From Hypanus sabinus (taxonomy: Eukaryota), in contig NC_082730.1 in NCBI RefSeq assembly GCF_030144855.1, forward strand, positions 2,480,001-2,544,000: DNA of 64,000 nt. Direction: 5' to 3'. A program made the translations under genes and the position numbers. Below, one piece after another: positions 63,566 to 64,000 of the stretch (position 1 is its first letter; every line of letters begins with the position of its first letter). The notes under the pieces were generated by a model. That model did no database searches and had not been told where the DNA came from. It saw only the letters and a list, made by a program, of their open reading frames with translations.

Positions 63566-63668
63566 GCCAAGTGGAGAGCCATCCTTTGGAAGATCAAAAG
63601 AAGGAGCCTGCAACTAATGCATTGGAATAGAACCCAGCTCACAGATATTTCCGCCATCAGGACAGCAA
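63566..63668 (+). pseudogene. Probable cytoplasmic-tail exon of the receptor, with in-frame TAG
   Basis: ctctctatcccacag acceptor; phase 1 continues the TM exon: (S)QVESHPLEDQKKEPATNALE*NPAHRYFRHQDS. TAG at 63628. The 3' boundary is uncertain. Confidence 0.5.
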
Positions 63669-64000
63669 GTACCTCTCCAAACCCAATCACTGCGAAATGA
63701 TGCCCACTCCCTCCTGGTCCCACAAGCACAGAAGTTGTGTGTAGGGGTCCGCCCCTCTACTGGAACCCCTGCCTTTGTTCAACAATTCCAAATTGCGTTA
63801 TATACTCTGGGTTCTGCAGCGACTGATGGTAACCACACTCCCGGATCTGGGATCCTCTCTACTGCACACAGTCTTGTGTCCACTACTCATCTGCCTGTCT
63901 GTCCCTCATTTTCTCCCTGCTGCTCAGATCTAACACCGGCCACCTTTCCTCCTGATTCTAGTCCTGAGAATCTACAACTTTCTTGTCCTCTCTCAGTATT

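Overview
Eukaryotic, repeat-dominated DNA. The repeat landscape (CR1 LINEs, HE1-type V-SINE, Penelope-like ends, L1/Tx1, Rex1/Babar) suggests a cartilaginous fish, probably a ray; this is inference. One host gene can be traced on the + strand: a CD2/SLAM-family Ig-superfamily receptor. Its pieces are a candidate leader exon (20301-20355), an IgV exon (about 32573-32902), an IgC2 exon (37833 to about 38100), a second IgV exon (41569-41877), a transmembrane exon (50497-50649) and a probable cytoplasmic exon (from 63566), all joined by phase-1 introns. The locus carries several lesions: an ambiguous V1 acceptor, two stops in C2, a TGA right after the TM helix, and a TAG in the tail exon. It is most simply a pseudogene, although the TM stop creates a GPI-signal-like C-terminus. 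Most of the rest is nested retroelements: a Ty3/gypsy element split by an internally deleted L1, many CR1 copies, a near-complete Penelope-like element with a TSD and a hammerhead-ribozyme-like terminus, a solo LTR, an L1 3' half, a retroviral-type integrase remnant and SINEs. There are also two minisatellites and a 128-N assembly gap. No prokaryotic systems, CRISPR arrays, rRNA or tRNA genes were seen. All alignments and motif calls were made by eye, with no database search.
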